Source of the DNA: Eledone cirrhosa
Lineage: Eukaryota
Length of the DNA stretch: 64,000 bases
Direction of reading: 5' to 3'
NCBI GenBank assembly: GCA_964016885.1
Contig: OZ024740.1
Span: 7,130,001-7,194,000, forward strand
The notes under the pieces were generated by a model. That model worked only from the letters and a program-made list of their open reading frames with translations, ran no database searches and was not told where the DNA came from. The position numbers were made by a program, and so were the translations under genes. Positions within the stretch are counted from its first letter, which is position 1. Every line of letters starts with the position of its first letter. Below, piece by piece: positions 44,201 through 59,000 of this stretch.

Positions 44201-47200
44201 ATTACCAGCTATGGCGAGTCCTACATTTCACATCTGAGCTGGGACTATTACCAGCACTGGTGAGGTCTACATTTCACATCTGACCTAGGACTATTACCAG
44301 CTGTGGTGACGCCAACATTTCACATCTGACCTGGGACTATTACCAGCTCTGGTGAGGCCTACATTTCACATCCGACTTGGGAATATTACCAGCTCTGGTG
44401 AGGTGTACATTTCACATCTGACCTGGGACTATTACTAGCTGTGGTGAGGTATACATTTCACATCTGACCTGGGAATATTACCAGCTATGGTGCTGCTACA
44501 TTTCACATCTGACCTGGGACTATGACCAACTATGCTGAGGTCTACATTTCACATCTGACCTTGGACTACTACCAGCTATGGTGAGGCCTACATTTCACAT
44601 ATGACCTGGGACTATTACCAGATATGGTGAGGTATACATCTCACATCTGACCTGGGATTAATACCAGCTCTTGTGAGCTCTACATTTCACATCTCACCTG
44701 GGACTATTACTGTCTCTGGTGAGGCCTACATTTCACATCAGACATGGGACTATTACTAGCTATGGAGAAGCCTACATTTCAGATCTAACCTGGAACTATT
44801 ACCAGCTATGGCGAGGCATACATTTCACATCTGAGCTGGGACTATTACCAGCTCTGGTGAGGTCTACATTTCACATCTGACCTGGGACTACTACCAGCTT
44901 TGGTGAGGCCTACATTTCACATCCAACCTGGGACTATTACCAGCTCTGGTGAGGTCTACATTTCACATCTGACCTGGGACTATTACTAGATGTGGTGAGG
45001 TATACATTTCACATCTGACCTGGGAATATTACCAGCTATGGTGATGCTACATTTCACATCTGAACTGGGACTATTACCAACTATGGTGGGGCCTACATTT
45101 CACAACTGACCTGGGACTATTACCAGATGTGGTGAGTTATATATCTCACATGTGACCTGGGACTAATACCAGCCCTGCTGAGACCTACATTCATACATCT
45201 GACCAGGGACTATTACAATTTCTGGTCAGGTCTACATTTCATATCTGACCTGGGACTATTAACAGATGTGGTGACGTATACATCACACATCTGACCTGGG
45301 ATTAATATCAGCTCTGGTGCGACCTACATTTCACATCTGACCTGGGACTAGTACCAGGTCTGGTTAGGCCTACATTTCACATCTGACCTGGGATTATTAA
45401 CAGCTATTGCGAGGCCTACATTTCACATCTGACCTAGGACTATTACCAGCTCTGGTGAGACCTACATTTCACATGTGACCTGGGATTAATACCAGCTGTG
45501 GTGAGGTTTACGTTTCACATCTGACCTGGGACTACCATCAGCTATCGTGACGCCTACATTTCACATCTGACCTGGGACTATTACCATCTATGGTGAGGCC
45601 TACATTTCACCTCTGACCTGGGACTATTTCCAGTTCTGGTGAGATCTATATTTCACATCTGACATGGGACTATTACCATTTCTGGCTAAGTCTACATTTC
45701 ACATCTGACCTGGGATTAATACCAGCTGTGGTGAGGTCTACATTTCACATCTGACCAGGGAATATTACCAGCTCTGGTGAGGCCTATATTTCACATCTGA
45801 CCTGGGACTATTACCATCTATGGTGAGGCCTACATTTCACATCTGACCTGCGACTATTACCAGCTCTTGTGAGGTCTACATTTCACATCTCACCTGGGAC
45901 TATTACTATCTCTGGTGAGGCCTACATTTCACATCAGACATGGGACTATTACTAGCTATGGAGAGGCCTACATTTCAGATCTAACCTGGAACTATTACCA
46001 GCTATAGCGAGTCCTACATTTCACATCTGAGCTGGGACTATTACCAGCACTGGTGAGGTCTACATTTCACATCTGACCTGGGACTATTACCAGCTCTGGT
46101 GAGGCCTACATTTCACATCCTACCTGGGACTATTACCAGCTCTGGTGAGGTATACATTTCACATCTGACCTGGGACTATTACTAGCTGTGGTGAGGTATA
46201 CATTTCACATCTGACCTGGGAATATTACCAGCTATGGTACTGCTACATTTCACATCTGACCTGCGACTATGACCAACTATGCTGAGGCCTACATTTCACA
46301 TCTGACCTTGGACTACTACCAGCTACGGTGAGGCCTACATTTCACATATGACCTGGGACTATTACCAGATGTAGTGAGGTATACATCTCACATCTGACCT
46401 GGGATTAATACCAGCTCTTGTGAGGTCTACATTTCACATCTCACCTGGGACTATTAATATTTCTGGTGAGGCCTACATTTCACATCAGACATGGGACTAT
46501 TACTAGCTATGGAGAGGCCTACATTTCACATCTGACCTGGGACTATTACCAGCTGTGGTAAGGTTTACTTTTCACATCTGACCAGGGAATATTACCAGCT
46601 CTGGTGAGGCCTATATTTCACAGCTGACATGGGACTATTTCCAGCTCTGGTGAGGCCTTCATTTCACATCTGACCTGGGACTATTACCATCTCTGGTGAG
46701 GCCTACATTTCACATCAGACATGGGACTATTACTAGCTATGGAGAGGCCTACATTTCAGATCTAACCTGGAACTATTACCAGCTATGGCGAGGCATACAT
46801 TTCACATCTGAGCTGGGACTATTACCAGCTCTGGTGAGGTCTACATTTCACATCTGACCTAGGACTATTACCAGCTGTGGTGACGCCTACATTTCACATC
46901 TGACCTGGGACTATTACCAGCTTTGGTGAGGCCTACAGTTCACATCCGACCTGGGACTAGTACCAGCTCTGGTGAGGTCTACATTAAACATCTGACCTGG
47001 GACTATTACTAGATGTGGTGAGGTATACATTTCACATCTGACCTGGGAATATTACCAGCTATGGTGATGCTACATTTCACATCTGACCTGGGACTATTAC
47101 CAGCTCTGGTGAGGTCTACATTTCACATCTGAGCTGGGACTATTACCAGATGTGGTGAGGTATACATCTCCCATCTGACCTAGGACTAATACCAGCCCTG

Positions 47201-50200
47201 CTGAGACCTACATTCATACATCTGACCTGGGACTATTACAATTTCTGGTCAGGTCTACATATCATATCTGACCTGGGACTATTAACAGATGTGGTGACGT
47301 ATACATCACACATCTGACCTGGGATTAATATCAGCTCTGGTGCGACCTACATTTCACATCTGACCTGGGACTACTACCAGGTCTGGTGAGGCCTACATTT
47401 CACATCTGACCTGGCACTATTAACAGCTATTGCGAGGCCTACATTTCACATCTGACCTAGGACTATTACCAGCTATGGTGAGGCCTACATTTCACATCTG
47501 ACCTGGGACTATTACCAGCTATGGTGACGCCTACATTTCACATCTGACCTTGGACTATTACCATCTATGGTGAGGCCTACATTTCACCTCTGACCTGGGA
47601 CTATTTCCAGTTCTGGTGAGGTCTATATTTCACATCTGACATGGGACTATTACCATTTCTGGTTAAGTCTACATTTCACATCTGACCTGGGATTAATACC
47701 AGCTGTGGTGAGGTCTACATTTCACATCTGACTTGGGGCTATTTCCAGCTGTTGTGAGGCCTACATTTCACATCTGATCTGGGACTATTAGCCGCTATGG
47801 TGAAGTCTATATTTCATATCTGACCTGGAACTATTACCAGCTCTGGTGAGGCCTACATTTATACATCTGACCTGGGACTATTACCAGCTCTGGTGAGGCC
47901 TACATTTATACATCTGACCTGGGACTATAACCATTTCTGGTCAGGTCTACATTTCACATCTGACCTGGGACTACTACCAGCTATGGTGAGGCCTACATTT
48001 CACATCTAACCTGGAACTATTACCAGCTATGGCGAGGCCTACATTTCACATCTGAACTTGAACTATTACCAGCTCTGGTGAGGTCTACATTTCACATCTG
48101 ACCTGGGACTATTACCAGCTATGGTAAGGCCTACACTTATACATGTGACCTGGGACTATTACCATTTCTGGTGAGGTCTACATTTCACATCTGACCTGGA
48201 ACTATTACCAGCTATGGTGAGGCCTACATTTCACATCTGAGCTGGGACTATTACCAGATGTGGTGAGGTCTACATTTCACACCTGACCTGGGACTATTAC
48301 CAGATGTGGTGAGGTATACATCTCACATCTGACCTGGGACTATTACCAGCTATGGTGAGGCCTACACTTATACATCTGACCTGGGACTATTACCATTTGT
48401 GGTGAGGTATACATTTCACATCTGACCTGGGAATAACACCAGCTCTGGTGAGACCTACATTTCACATCTGACCTGGGACTATTACCAGCTATGGTGAGGC
48501 CTACATTTCACATCTGACCTGGGACTAATACCAGCTATGGTGAGGCCTACATTTCACATGTGATTTGTGACTATTACCATCTCTGGTGAGACCTATATTT
48601 CACATCTGACATGGGACTATTACCAGCTATGGTGAGGTCTACATTTCACATCTGACCTGGGACTATTACGAGCTATGGTGAGTCTTACATTTCACATCTA
48701 ACCTGGGACTATTATCAGCTCTGGTGAGGCCTACATTTCACACCTGACATGCGACTATTACCAGCTCTTGTGAGGTCTACATTTCACATCTGACCAGGGA
48801 CTATTACTAGCTGTGGTGAGGTCTACATTTCACATCTGATATGGGACTAATACCAGCTGTGGTAAGGTTTACTTTTCACATCTGACCAGGGAATACTACC
48901 AGCTCTGGTGAAGCCTACATTTCACAGCTGACATGGGACTATTTCCAGGTCTGGTGAGGCCTACATTTCACATCTGACCTGGGACTATTACCATCTATGG
49001 TGAGGCCTAAATTTCACATCTGACCTGCGACTATTATCAGCTCTTGTGAGGTCTACATTTCACATCTGACCTGGGACTATTACTATCTCTGGTAAGGCCT
49101 ACATTTCACATCTGACATGGGACTATTACCAGCTATGAAGAGGCCTACATTTCACATCTGACCTGGCACTATGACCAGCTATGCTGAGCCCTATATTTCA
49201 CATCTGACCTGGGACTATTACTAGCTATGGTAAGGTCTAGATTTCAGATCTGACCTGGGACTATTACTAGCTGTGGTGAGGTATACATTTCACATCTGAC
49301 CTGGGAATATTCCAGCTTTGGTGAGCCCTACATTTCACATCTGACCTGGGACTATTACCAACTATGGTGAGGCCTACATTTCACATCTGACCAGGGACTA
49401 TTACCAGCTCTGGTGAGGCCTACATTTCACATCTGAACTAGGACTATTACCAGCTATGGTGAGGCCTACATTTCACATCTGACTGGGGACTATTACCAGC
49501 TATGGTGACGCCTACATTTCACATCTGACCTGGGACGATTACCATCTATGGTGAGGCCTACATTTCACCTCTGACCTGGGACCATTACCAGCTCTGGTGA
49601 GACCTACATTTCACATCTGACCTGGGGTTAATACTAGCTGTGGTGAGGTCTACATTTCACATCTGACTTGGGGTTAATACCAGCTATGGTGAGGTCTACA
49701 TTTGACATCTGACCTGGGACTATTTCCAGCTGTGGTGACGCCTACATTTCACATCTGACCTGGGATAATTACCAGCTCTGGTGAGGCCTACATTTCACAT
49801 CCGATCTGGGACTATTACCAGTTCTAGTGAGGTTTACATTTCACATCTGACCTGGGAATGTTACCAGCTATGCTGAGCCCTATATTTCACAACTGACCTG
49901 GGACTATTACTATCTCTGGTGAGGCCTACATTTCACATCTGACATGGGAATATTACGAGCTATGAAGAGGCCTACATTTCACATATAACCTGGAACTATT
50001 ACCAGCTATGGCGAGGCCTACATTTCACCTCCGACCTGGGACAATTACCAGCTCTGGTGAGGTTTACATTTCACATCTGACCTGGGAATATTACCAGCTA
50101 TCGTGATGCTACATTTCACGTCTGACCTGGGACTACTACTAGCTATGTTGAGGCCTACATTTCACATCTGACCTGGGACTATTACCAGCTATCGGGAGGC

Positions 50201-53000
50201 CTACATTTCATATATGACCTGGGTCTATTACCAGCTGTGGTGAGGTCTACATTTCACATCTGACTTGGGACTAATACCAGCTATGGTGAGGTCTACATTT
50301 CACATCTGACCTGGGACTATTACCAGCTCTGGTGAGGCCTACATTTCACATCTGATCTGGGACTATTACCCGCTATGGTGAAGTCTATATTTCACATCTG
50401 ACCTGGAACTATTACCAGCTATAGTGAGGCATACATTTCACATCTGACATGGGACTATTACCAGCTCTGGTGAGACCTACATTTCACATCTGACCTGGGA
50501 CTATTACAAGCTCTTGTGAGGTCTATATTTCACATCTGACCTGGAGCAATTACCAGCTCTGTTGAGGTCTACATTTCACATCTGACCTGGGACTATTACC
50601 AGCTATGGTTAGGCCTACATTTATACATCTGACCTGGGACTATTACCATTTCTGGTCAGGCCTACATTTCACATCTGACCTGGGACTATTATCAGCTCTG
50701 GTGAAGCCTTCATTTCACATCCGACCTGGGACTATTACCAGCTCTGGTGAGACCTACATTTCACATCTGACCTGGGACTATTACCAGATCTTGTGAGGTC
50801 TACGTTTCACATCTGACCTGGGACTATTACTATCTCTGGTGAGGCCTACATTTCACATCTGACATGGGACTATTACCAGCTATGGAGAGGCCTACATTTC
50901 AAATCTAACCTGGAACTATTTCCAGCTATGGCGAGGCCTACATTTCACATCTGAGCTGGGACTATTACCAGCTCTCGTGAGGTCTACATTTCACATCTGC
51001 CCTGGGACTATTACCAGCTGTGGTGACTCTTACATTTCACATCTGACCTGGGACTATTATCAGCTTTGGTGAAGCCTTCATTTCACATCCGACCTGGGAC
51101 TATTACCAGCTCTGGTGAGGTCTACATTTCACATCTGACCTGGGACTATTACCAGCTATGCTGAGCCCTATATATCACATCTGACCTAGGACTATTGCTA
51201 ACTATGGTAAGGTCTACATTTCACATATGACCTGGGACTATTACTAGCTGTGGTGAGGTATACAATTCACATCTGACCTTAGAATATTACCAGCTATGGC
51301 GAGGCCTACATTTCACATCTGACCTGGGACTATTACCAGATGTGGTGAGGTATACATCTCACATCTGACCTGGGACTAATACCAGCTCTGGTGAGACCTA
51401 CATTTCACATCAGACCTGCGACTATTACCAGTTCTGGTGAGGTCTACATTTCACATCTGACCTGGGACTATTACAAAAGGTGGTGAGGCCTACATTTCAC
51501 ATCTGATTTGGGAGTAATACGAGCTATGGTGAGGTCTACATTTCACATCTGACCTGGGACTATTACCAGCTCTGGTGAGGCCTACATTTCACATCTGAGC
51601 TGGGACTATTACCAGCTGTGGTGAGGCCTACATTTGACATCTGACCTGGGACTATTACCAGATATGGTGAGGCCTACATTTCATATCTGACCTGGGTCTA
51701 TTACCAGCTGTGGTGAGGTATACATCTCACATCTGACCTGGGACTAATACCTGCTCTGGTGAGACCTACATTTCACATCTGACCTGCGACTATTACCAGT
51801 TCTGGGGAGGTCTACATTTCACATCTGACCTGGGACTATTACTAGCTGTGGTGAGGTATACATTTCACATCTGACCTGGGAATATTTCCAGCTATGGTGA
51901 TGCTACATTTCACATCTGACCTGGGACTATTACCAGCTGTGGTGAGGCCTACATTTCACATCTGACTTGGGAGTAATACCAGCTATGGTGAGGTCTACAT
52001 TTCACATCTGACCTGGGACTATTTCCAGGTCTGGTGAAGCCTACATTTCACATCTGATCTGGGACTAATACCAGCTCTGGTGAGACCTATATTTCACATC
52101 TGACCTGAGACTATTACTAGCTCTAGTGAGGCCTACATTTCACATCTGACCTGGGAGTATTATCAGCTGTGGTGAGGCCTACATTTCACATATGACCTGG
52201 GACTATTACCAGCTATGGTGAGGCCTACATTTATACATTTGACCTGGGACTATTACTATTTCTGGTCAGGTCTACATTTCACATCTGACCTGGGACTACT
52301 ACCAGCTATGGTGAGGCCTACATTTCACATCTGACCTGGGACTATTACCAGATGCGGTGAGGTATAAATCTCACATCTGACCTGGAACTATTACCAGCTA
52401 TAGTGAGGCCTACATTTCACATCTGACATGGGACTATTACCAGCTATGGTGATGCTACATTTCACATCTGACCTGGAACTATTACCAGCTCTGGTGAGCT
52501 CTACATTTCACATCTGACCTGGGACTATTACAAGCTATGGTGAGGCCTACATTTATACATCTGACCTGGGACTATTACCAATTCTGGTCAGGTCTACATT
52601 TCACATCTGACCTGGGAGTACTACCAGCTATGGTGAGGCTTACATTTCACATCTGATCTGGGACTATTACCAGTTCCGGTGAGGTCTATATTTCACATCT
52701 GTCATGGGACTATTACCAGTTCTAGTCAAGTATACATTACACATCTGACCTGGCATTATTACCAGCTGTGGTGAGGTATAGATTTCACATGTGACCTGGG
52801 ACTAACACCAGCTCTGGTGAGACCTACATTTCACATCTGACCTGGGATTATTACCAGCTCTGGTGAGACCTACATTTCACATCTGACCTGGGACTAATAC
52901 CAGCTCTGGTGAGGCCTACATTTCACATCTGACCTGGGATTATTACCAGCTGTGGTGAGACATACATTTCACATCTGACCTGGGACTATTACCAGCTATG
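32300..53000. repeat. Middle layer of the array with its own variant set
   Basis: Variants concentrated here: CCAGATGTGGTGAGGTATACATCTC (33440, 33900, 35602, 37304, 41444, 43515, 47146, 48300, 51336), 47-bp monomers with CACTTATACAT/CATTTATACAT (33733 to about 52550), ATGGAGAGG, ATGGCGAGG, 45-bp GGTGATGCTAC, and CATGTCACATGTGA. Boundaries are approximate. Confidence 0.72.
43900..47732. repeat. Imperfect tandem duplication of about 40 monomers with internal rearrangement
   Basis: Shared rare variants CCAGCACTGG, ATGACCAACTATGCTG, CAGCCCTGCTGAGACCTACATTCATACAT and GACGTATACATCACAC. Offsets are 1793 (44048/45841), 2023 (45181/47204) and 1977 (45601/47578), each n x 46 minus 1. Confidence 0.78.
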
Positions 53001-56000
53001 GTGAGGCCTACATTTCATATCTGACCTGGGTCTATTACCAGCTGTGGTGAGACCTACATCTCACATCTGACCTTGGACTAATACCAGCTATGGTGAGGTC
53101 TACATTTCACATCTGACCTGGGACTATTACAAGATATGGTGAGGCCTACATTTCACATCTGACCTGGGACTATTTCCAGCTCTGGTGAGGCCTATATTTC
53201 ACATCTGACTTGGGACTATTACTAGCGATGGTGAGGTCTACATTTAACGTCTGATCTGGGACTATTACTAGCTATGGTGAAGCTTACATTTCACATCTAA
53301 GCTGAGACTAATTCCAGCTATTGTGAGGTCTACATTTCACATCTGAGCGTGGTCTATTGCCAGCTCTGGTGAGGCCTACATTTCACATCTGTCCTTGGAC
53401 TATTTCCAACTGTGGTGAGGCCTACATTTCACATCAGAGCTGGGACTATTACCAGCTCTGGTGAGGCCTACATTTCACATCCGACCTGGGACTATTACCA
53501 ACTCTGGTGAGGTTTACACTTCACATCTGACCTGGGAATAATACCAGCTATGGTGAGGTCTACATTTCACATCTGACCTAGGAATATTATCCGCTCTGGT
53601 GAGGTCTACATTTCACATCTGATCTGGGACTAATACCAGCTCTGGATAGGTCTACATTTCACATCTGACCTGGGACTATTACCAGCTATGGTGAGGCCTA
53701 CATTTCACCTCTGACCTTGGGCTATTATCAGCTATGGTGAGGTCTACATTTCACATCTGACCTGGGACTATTACCAGCTTTTGTGAGGTCTACATTTCAC
53801 ATCTGACCTGAGACTATTACCCGCTATGGTGAACTCTACATTTCACATCTGACCTGGGACTATTACCAGCTGTGCTGAGGCCTACATTTCAATCTGACCT
53901 GGGACTATTACCAGTTCTGGTGAGGTCTATATTTAACATCTGACATGGGACTATTACCAGTTCTGGTGAGGCCTACATTTCACATCTGACCTGGGACTAT
54001 TACCAGTTCTGGTCACGTCTACATTTCACATCTGACCTGGGACTATTACCAGCTGTGGTGAGACCTACATTTCACATCTGACCTGGTATATTACCAGCTA
54101 TGGTGAGGACTACATTTCATATCTGACCTGTGTCTATTACCAGCTGTGGTGAAACCTACATTTCACATCTGACCTTGGAGTAATACCATCTATGGTGAGG
54201 TCTACATTTCACATGTGACCTGGGACTATTACCATCTATGGTGAGGTCTACATTTCACATGTGACCTGGGACTATTACCAGCTCTGGTGAGGCCTACATT
54301 TCACATCTGACCTGGGACTATTACCAACTCTGGTGAGGCCTACATTTCACATCTGACCTGGGACTATTACCAGCTCTTGTGAGGCCTACATTTCACATCT
54401 AACCTGGGATTATTACCAGCGATGGTGAGGTCTACATTTCATGTCTGACCTGGGACTATTACTAGCTATGGTGAAGCTTACATTTCACAGCTAACCTGGG
54501 ACTATTACCAGCTCTGGTGAGACCTATATTTCACCTCTGACCTGGGACTATTACCAGTTCTGGTGAGGACTACATTTCATATCTGACCTGGAACTATTAC
54601 CAGCTCTGGTGAGGCCTAGATTTCACATCTGACCTGGGACTATTACCAGCTCTTGTGAGGCCTACATTTCACATCTAACCTGGGAATAATACCAGCTGTT
54701 GTGAGGCCTACATTTCACATCTGAACTGGGATTATTACCAGCTATGGTGAGGCCTATATTTCATACCTGACCTTGGTCTATTACCAGCTGTTGTTAGCCC
54801 TATATTTCACATCTGACTTGGGACTAATACCAGCTATTGTGAGGTCTACATTTCAAATCTGAGCTGGGACTATTACCAGCTCTGGTGAGGCCTACATTTC
54901 ACATCTGACCTGGGACTATTACCAGCTATGGTGAGGCCAACATTTCACATCTGACCTGGGAATATTACCAGTTCTGGTGAGGTTTACATTACACATCTGA
55001 CCTGGGACTAATACCATCTCTGGTGAGGTATACATTTCACATCTGACCTGGGAATAATACCAGCTCTGGTGAGACCGATATTTCACATCTGACCTGGGAC
55101 TATTACCAGTTCTGGTGAGGCCTACATTTCACATCTGAGCTGCGACTATTACCAGCTCTGGTGAGGTCTACATTTCACATCAGACCTGGGACTATTACCA
55201 GCTCTTGTGAGGTCTACATTTCACATCTGTCCTTGGACTATTACCAGCTATGGTGAAGTCTACATTTCACATCTGACCTGGAACTATTACCAGCTATGGT
55301 GAGGCCTACATTTCAAATCTGACCTGGGACTATTACCAGCTGTGGTGAGGCCTACATTTCACATCTGACCAGGGATTAATACCAGCTCTGGTGAAGTCTA
55401 CATTTCACATCTGACCTGGGACAATTACCAGCTATGGTTAGGCCTACATTTCACATCTGACCAGGGACTATAACCAGCTATGGTGAGACCTATATATAAC
55501 ATCTAACATGGGATTATTACCACCTATGGTGAGGCCTACATTTCACATCTGACCTGGGACTATTACCAGCTCTGGTGACGTCTACATTTCACATCTGACC
55601 TCTTACTATTACCACTCTGGTGAGGTCTACATTTCACAACTGACCTGGGACTATTACAAGTTCTGGTGAGCTCTCCATTTCCCATCTGACCTGGGACTAT
55701 TACCAGCTATGGTGAGGCCTATATTTCACAACTGACCGGGGACTATTACCAGCTCTGGTGAGGCCTACATTTCTCATCTGACCTGCGACTATTACCAGCT
55801 ATTGTGAGGCCTACATTTCACATCTAACATGGGACTATTACCAGCTATGCTGAGGTCTACATTTCAATCTGACCTGGGACTATTGCCAGCTATGGTCAGA
55901 CCAAAATTTCACATCTGACTTGGGACTATAACCAGCTATGGTAAGGTTTACATTTCACATCTAACATGGGACTTTTACCAGCTCTGGTGAGGCCTACATT

Positions 56001-59000
56001 TCACATCCGACCTGGGACTATTACCAGCTCTGGTGAGGCCTACATTTCACATCTGATCTGTTACTATTACCACTCTGGTGAGGTCTACATTTCATATCTG
56101 AGCTGGGAGTAGTACCAGTTATGGTGAGGTCTACATTTCACATCTGACCTGGGACATATAGCAGCTATGGTCAGGCCAACATTTCACATCTGACTTGGGA
56201 ATATTACCAGCTCTGGTGAGGTCTACATTTCACATCTGACCTGGGAATATTACCAGCTATTGTGAAGCCTACATTTCACATCTGACCTGGGTCTATTTCC
56301 AGCCATTGTCAAGCTTACATTTCAAATCTGAACTTGAACTATTACCAGCTATGCTGAAGCCTACATTTCACATCTGACATGGAACTATTTCCAGCTTTGG
56401 TGAGGCATACATTTCACATCTGATCTGGGACTATTACCAGCTCTGGTTAGGACTACATTTCACATCTGACCTGGGACCATTACCAGCTGTGGTGAGGTTT
56501 ACATTTCACATCTGACCTGGGTCTATTTCCAGCCATTGTCAAGCCTACATTTCAAATCTGACCTGGAACTATTACCAGGTATGCTGAAGCCTACATTTCA
56601 CATCTGACCTGGGACTATTACCAGCTATGGTGACGCCAACATTTCACATCTAACCTGGAACTATTACCAGCTAAGGTGAGACCTACATTTCACATCTAAG
56701 CTGGTACTATTACCAGCTCTCGTGAGGTCTACATTTCAGATCTGACCTCGGACTATTACCAGATGTGTTGAGACCTATATTTCACATCTGACCTGTTACT
56801 ATTACCACTCTTGTGAGGCCTACATTTCAAATCTGAGCTGGGATTAGTACCAGCTGTGGTGAGGCCTACATTTCACCTGTTACCTGGGACTATACCAGCT
56901 CTGGTGAGACCTACATTTCACATCTGACCTGGGACTATTACCAACTCTGGTGAGGCCAACATTTCACATCTGAGCTGCGAGTATTACCAGCTCTGGTGAG
57001 GCCTCCCTTTTCATATCTGAGCTGGGACTATTACCAGTTATGGTGAGGTCTACATTTCACATCTGACCTGGGACTATTACCAGCTTTGGTTAGCCTTATA
57101 TTTCACATCTCACTTGGGACTAATACCAGCTATGGTGAGGCTTACATTTCACATCTGAGCTGGGACTATTACCAGCTCTGGTTAGGCCTACATTTTACAT
57201 CCGACCTGGGACTATTACCAACTCTGGTGAGGTTTATACTTCACATCTGACCTGGGACTATTACCAGCTATGGTGAGGCCTACATTTCAAATCTGTCCGG
57301 GGACTTTTACCAGCTATGGTAAGGTCTACATTTTACATCTGACCTGGGACTATTACCAGCTATGGCAAGGCCTACATTTCACATCTAATCTGGGACTACT
57401 ACCAGCTCTGGTGAGACCTACATTTCACATCTGACCTGTTACTATTACCACTCTTGTGAGGCCTACATTTCATATCTGAGCTGGGACTAGTACCAGCAGT
57501 GGTGAGGCCTACATTTCACCTGTTACCTGGGACTATTATCAGTTCTGGTGAGGTCTACATTTCACATCTGACCTGCGACTATTTCCAGTTGTGGTGAGGC
57601 CTACATTTCACATCTGACCTGGGACTATTACCAGCTCTGGTGAGACCTACATTTCACATATGACCTGGGACTATTACCAACTCTGGTGAGGCCTACATTT
57701 CACATCTGAGCTGCGACTATTACCAGCTCTGGTGAGGTCTATAATTTCACATCTAAACTAGGACTATTACCAGCTGTGATGAGGCCTGCATTTCACATCT
57801 GACCTGGGACTATTACCAGCTATAGTGAGGCCTCCCTTTTCATATCTGAACTGGGTCTATTACCAGCTGTGGTGAGGCCTACATTTCACATCTGACCTGG
57901 AACTATTTCCAACTGTGGTGAGTTCTACATTTCACATATCAACTTGGACTATTACCAGCTATGGTGAGGCCTACATTTCACATCCGACCTTGGAATATTA
58001 CCAACTTTGGTGAGGTTTATACTTCACATCCGACTTAGGACTATTTCCAGCTATGGTGAGGCCTACATTTCACATCTGTCCTGGGACTTTTACCAGCTAT
58101 GGTAAGGTCTACATTTCACATCTAATCTGGGACTATTACCAGCTCTGGTGAGGTCTACACTTCACATCTGACCTGAGACCATTACTAGCTGTGTTCAGAC
58201 CTACAATTCACCTTTGACCTGGGAATATTACCAGCTCTGGTGAGGCCTACATTTCACATCTGATCTGGGACTATAACCAGCTATGTTGAGGTCTACATTT
58301 CATATCTGACCTGGATCTATTACCAGGTATGGTGAGGTCTATATTTCACATCTAACTTGGGACTAATACCAGCTATTGTGAGGTCTACATTTCAAACCTG
58401 AGCTAGGACTATTACCAGCTCTGGTGAGGCCTACATTTCACATCTGACCTGGGACTATTACCAGCTCTGGTGAGGCTTACATTTCCCATCCGACCTGGGA
58501 CTATTACCAGCTCTGGTGAGGTCTACATTTCACATCTGACCTGAGACCATTACTAGCTGTGGTCAGACCTACATTTCACATCTGACTTGGGACTATTACA
58601 AGTTCTGGTGAGGCCTACATTTCACATCTGACCAGGGACTATTACGATCTATGGTGAGGCCAACATTTCACATCTGACCTGGGACTATTACCAGCTCTGG
58701 TGAGGCCTACATTTCAATCTGACCTGGGACTATTTCCAGTTCTGGTGAGACCTACATTTCACATCTGACCTGGGAATATTACAAGTGCTGGTGAGGTTTA
58801 CATTTCACATCTGACCTGGGACTAATACCAGCTCTGGTGAGGTATACATTTCACATCTGACCTGGGATTAATACCAGCTCTGGTGAGACCTACATATCAC
58901 ATCTAACATGGGACTATTACCAGCTATGGTGAGGTCTACATTTCACATCTGACCTGAGACTATTACCAGCTATGTTGATGCCTACATATCACATCTGACC

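Noticed and set aside
50605-50796. 63-aa ORF from the supplied track
   Set aside because: It is the satellite's cyclic translation, kept open by a 1-bp insertion (TTTATAC) and two TGA-destroying variants (GGTCAGG, CCGACC). One such run among about 1,390 monomers is expected by chance, and it shows no protein features.
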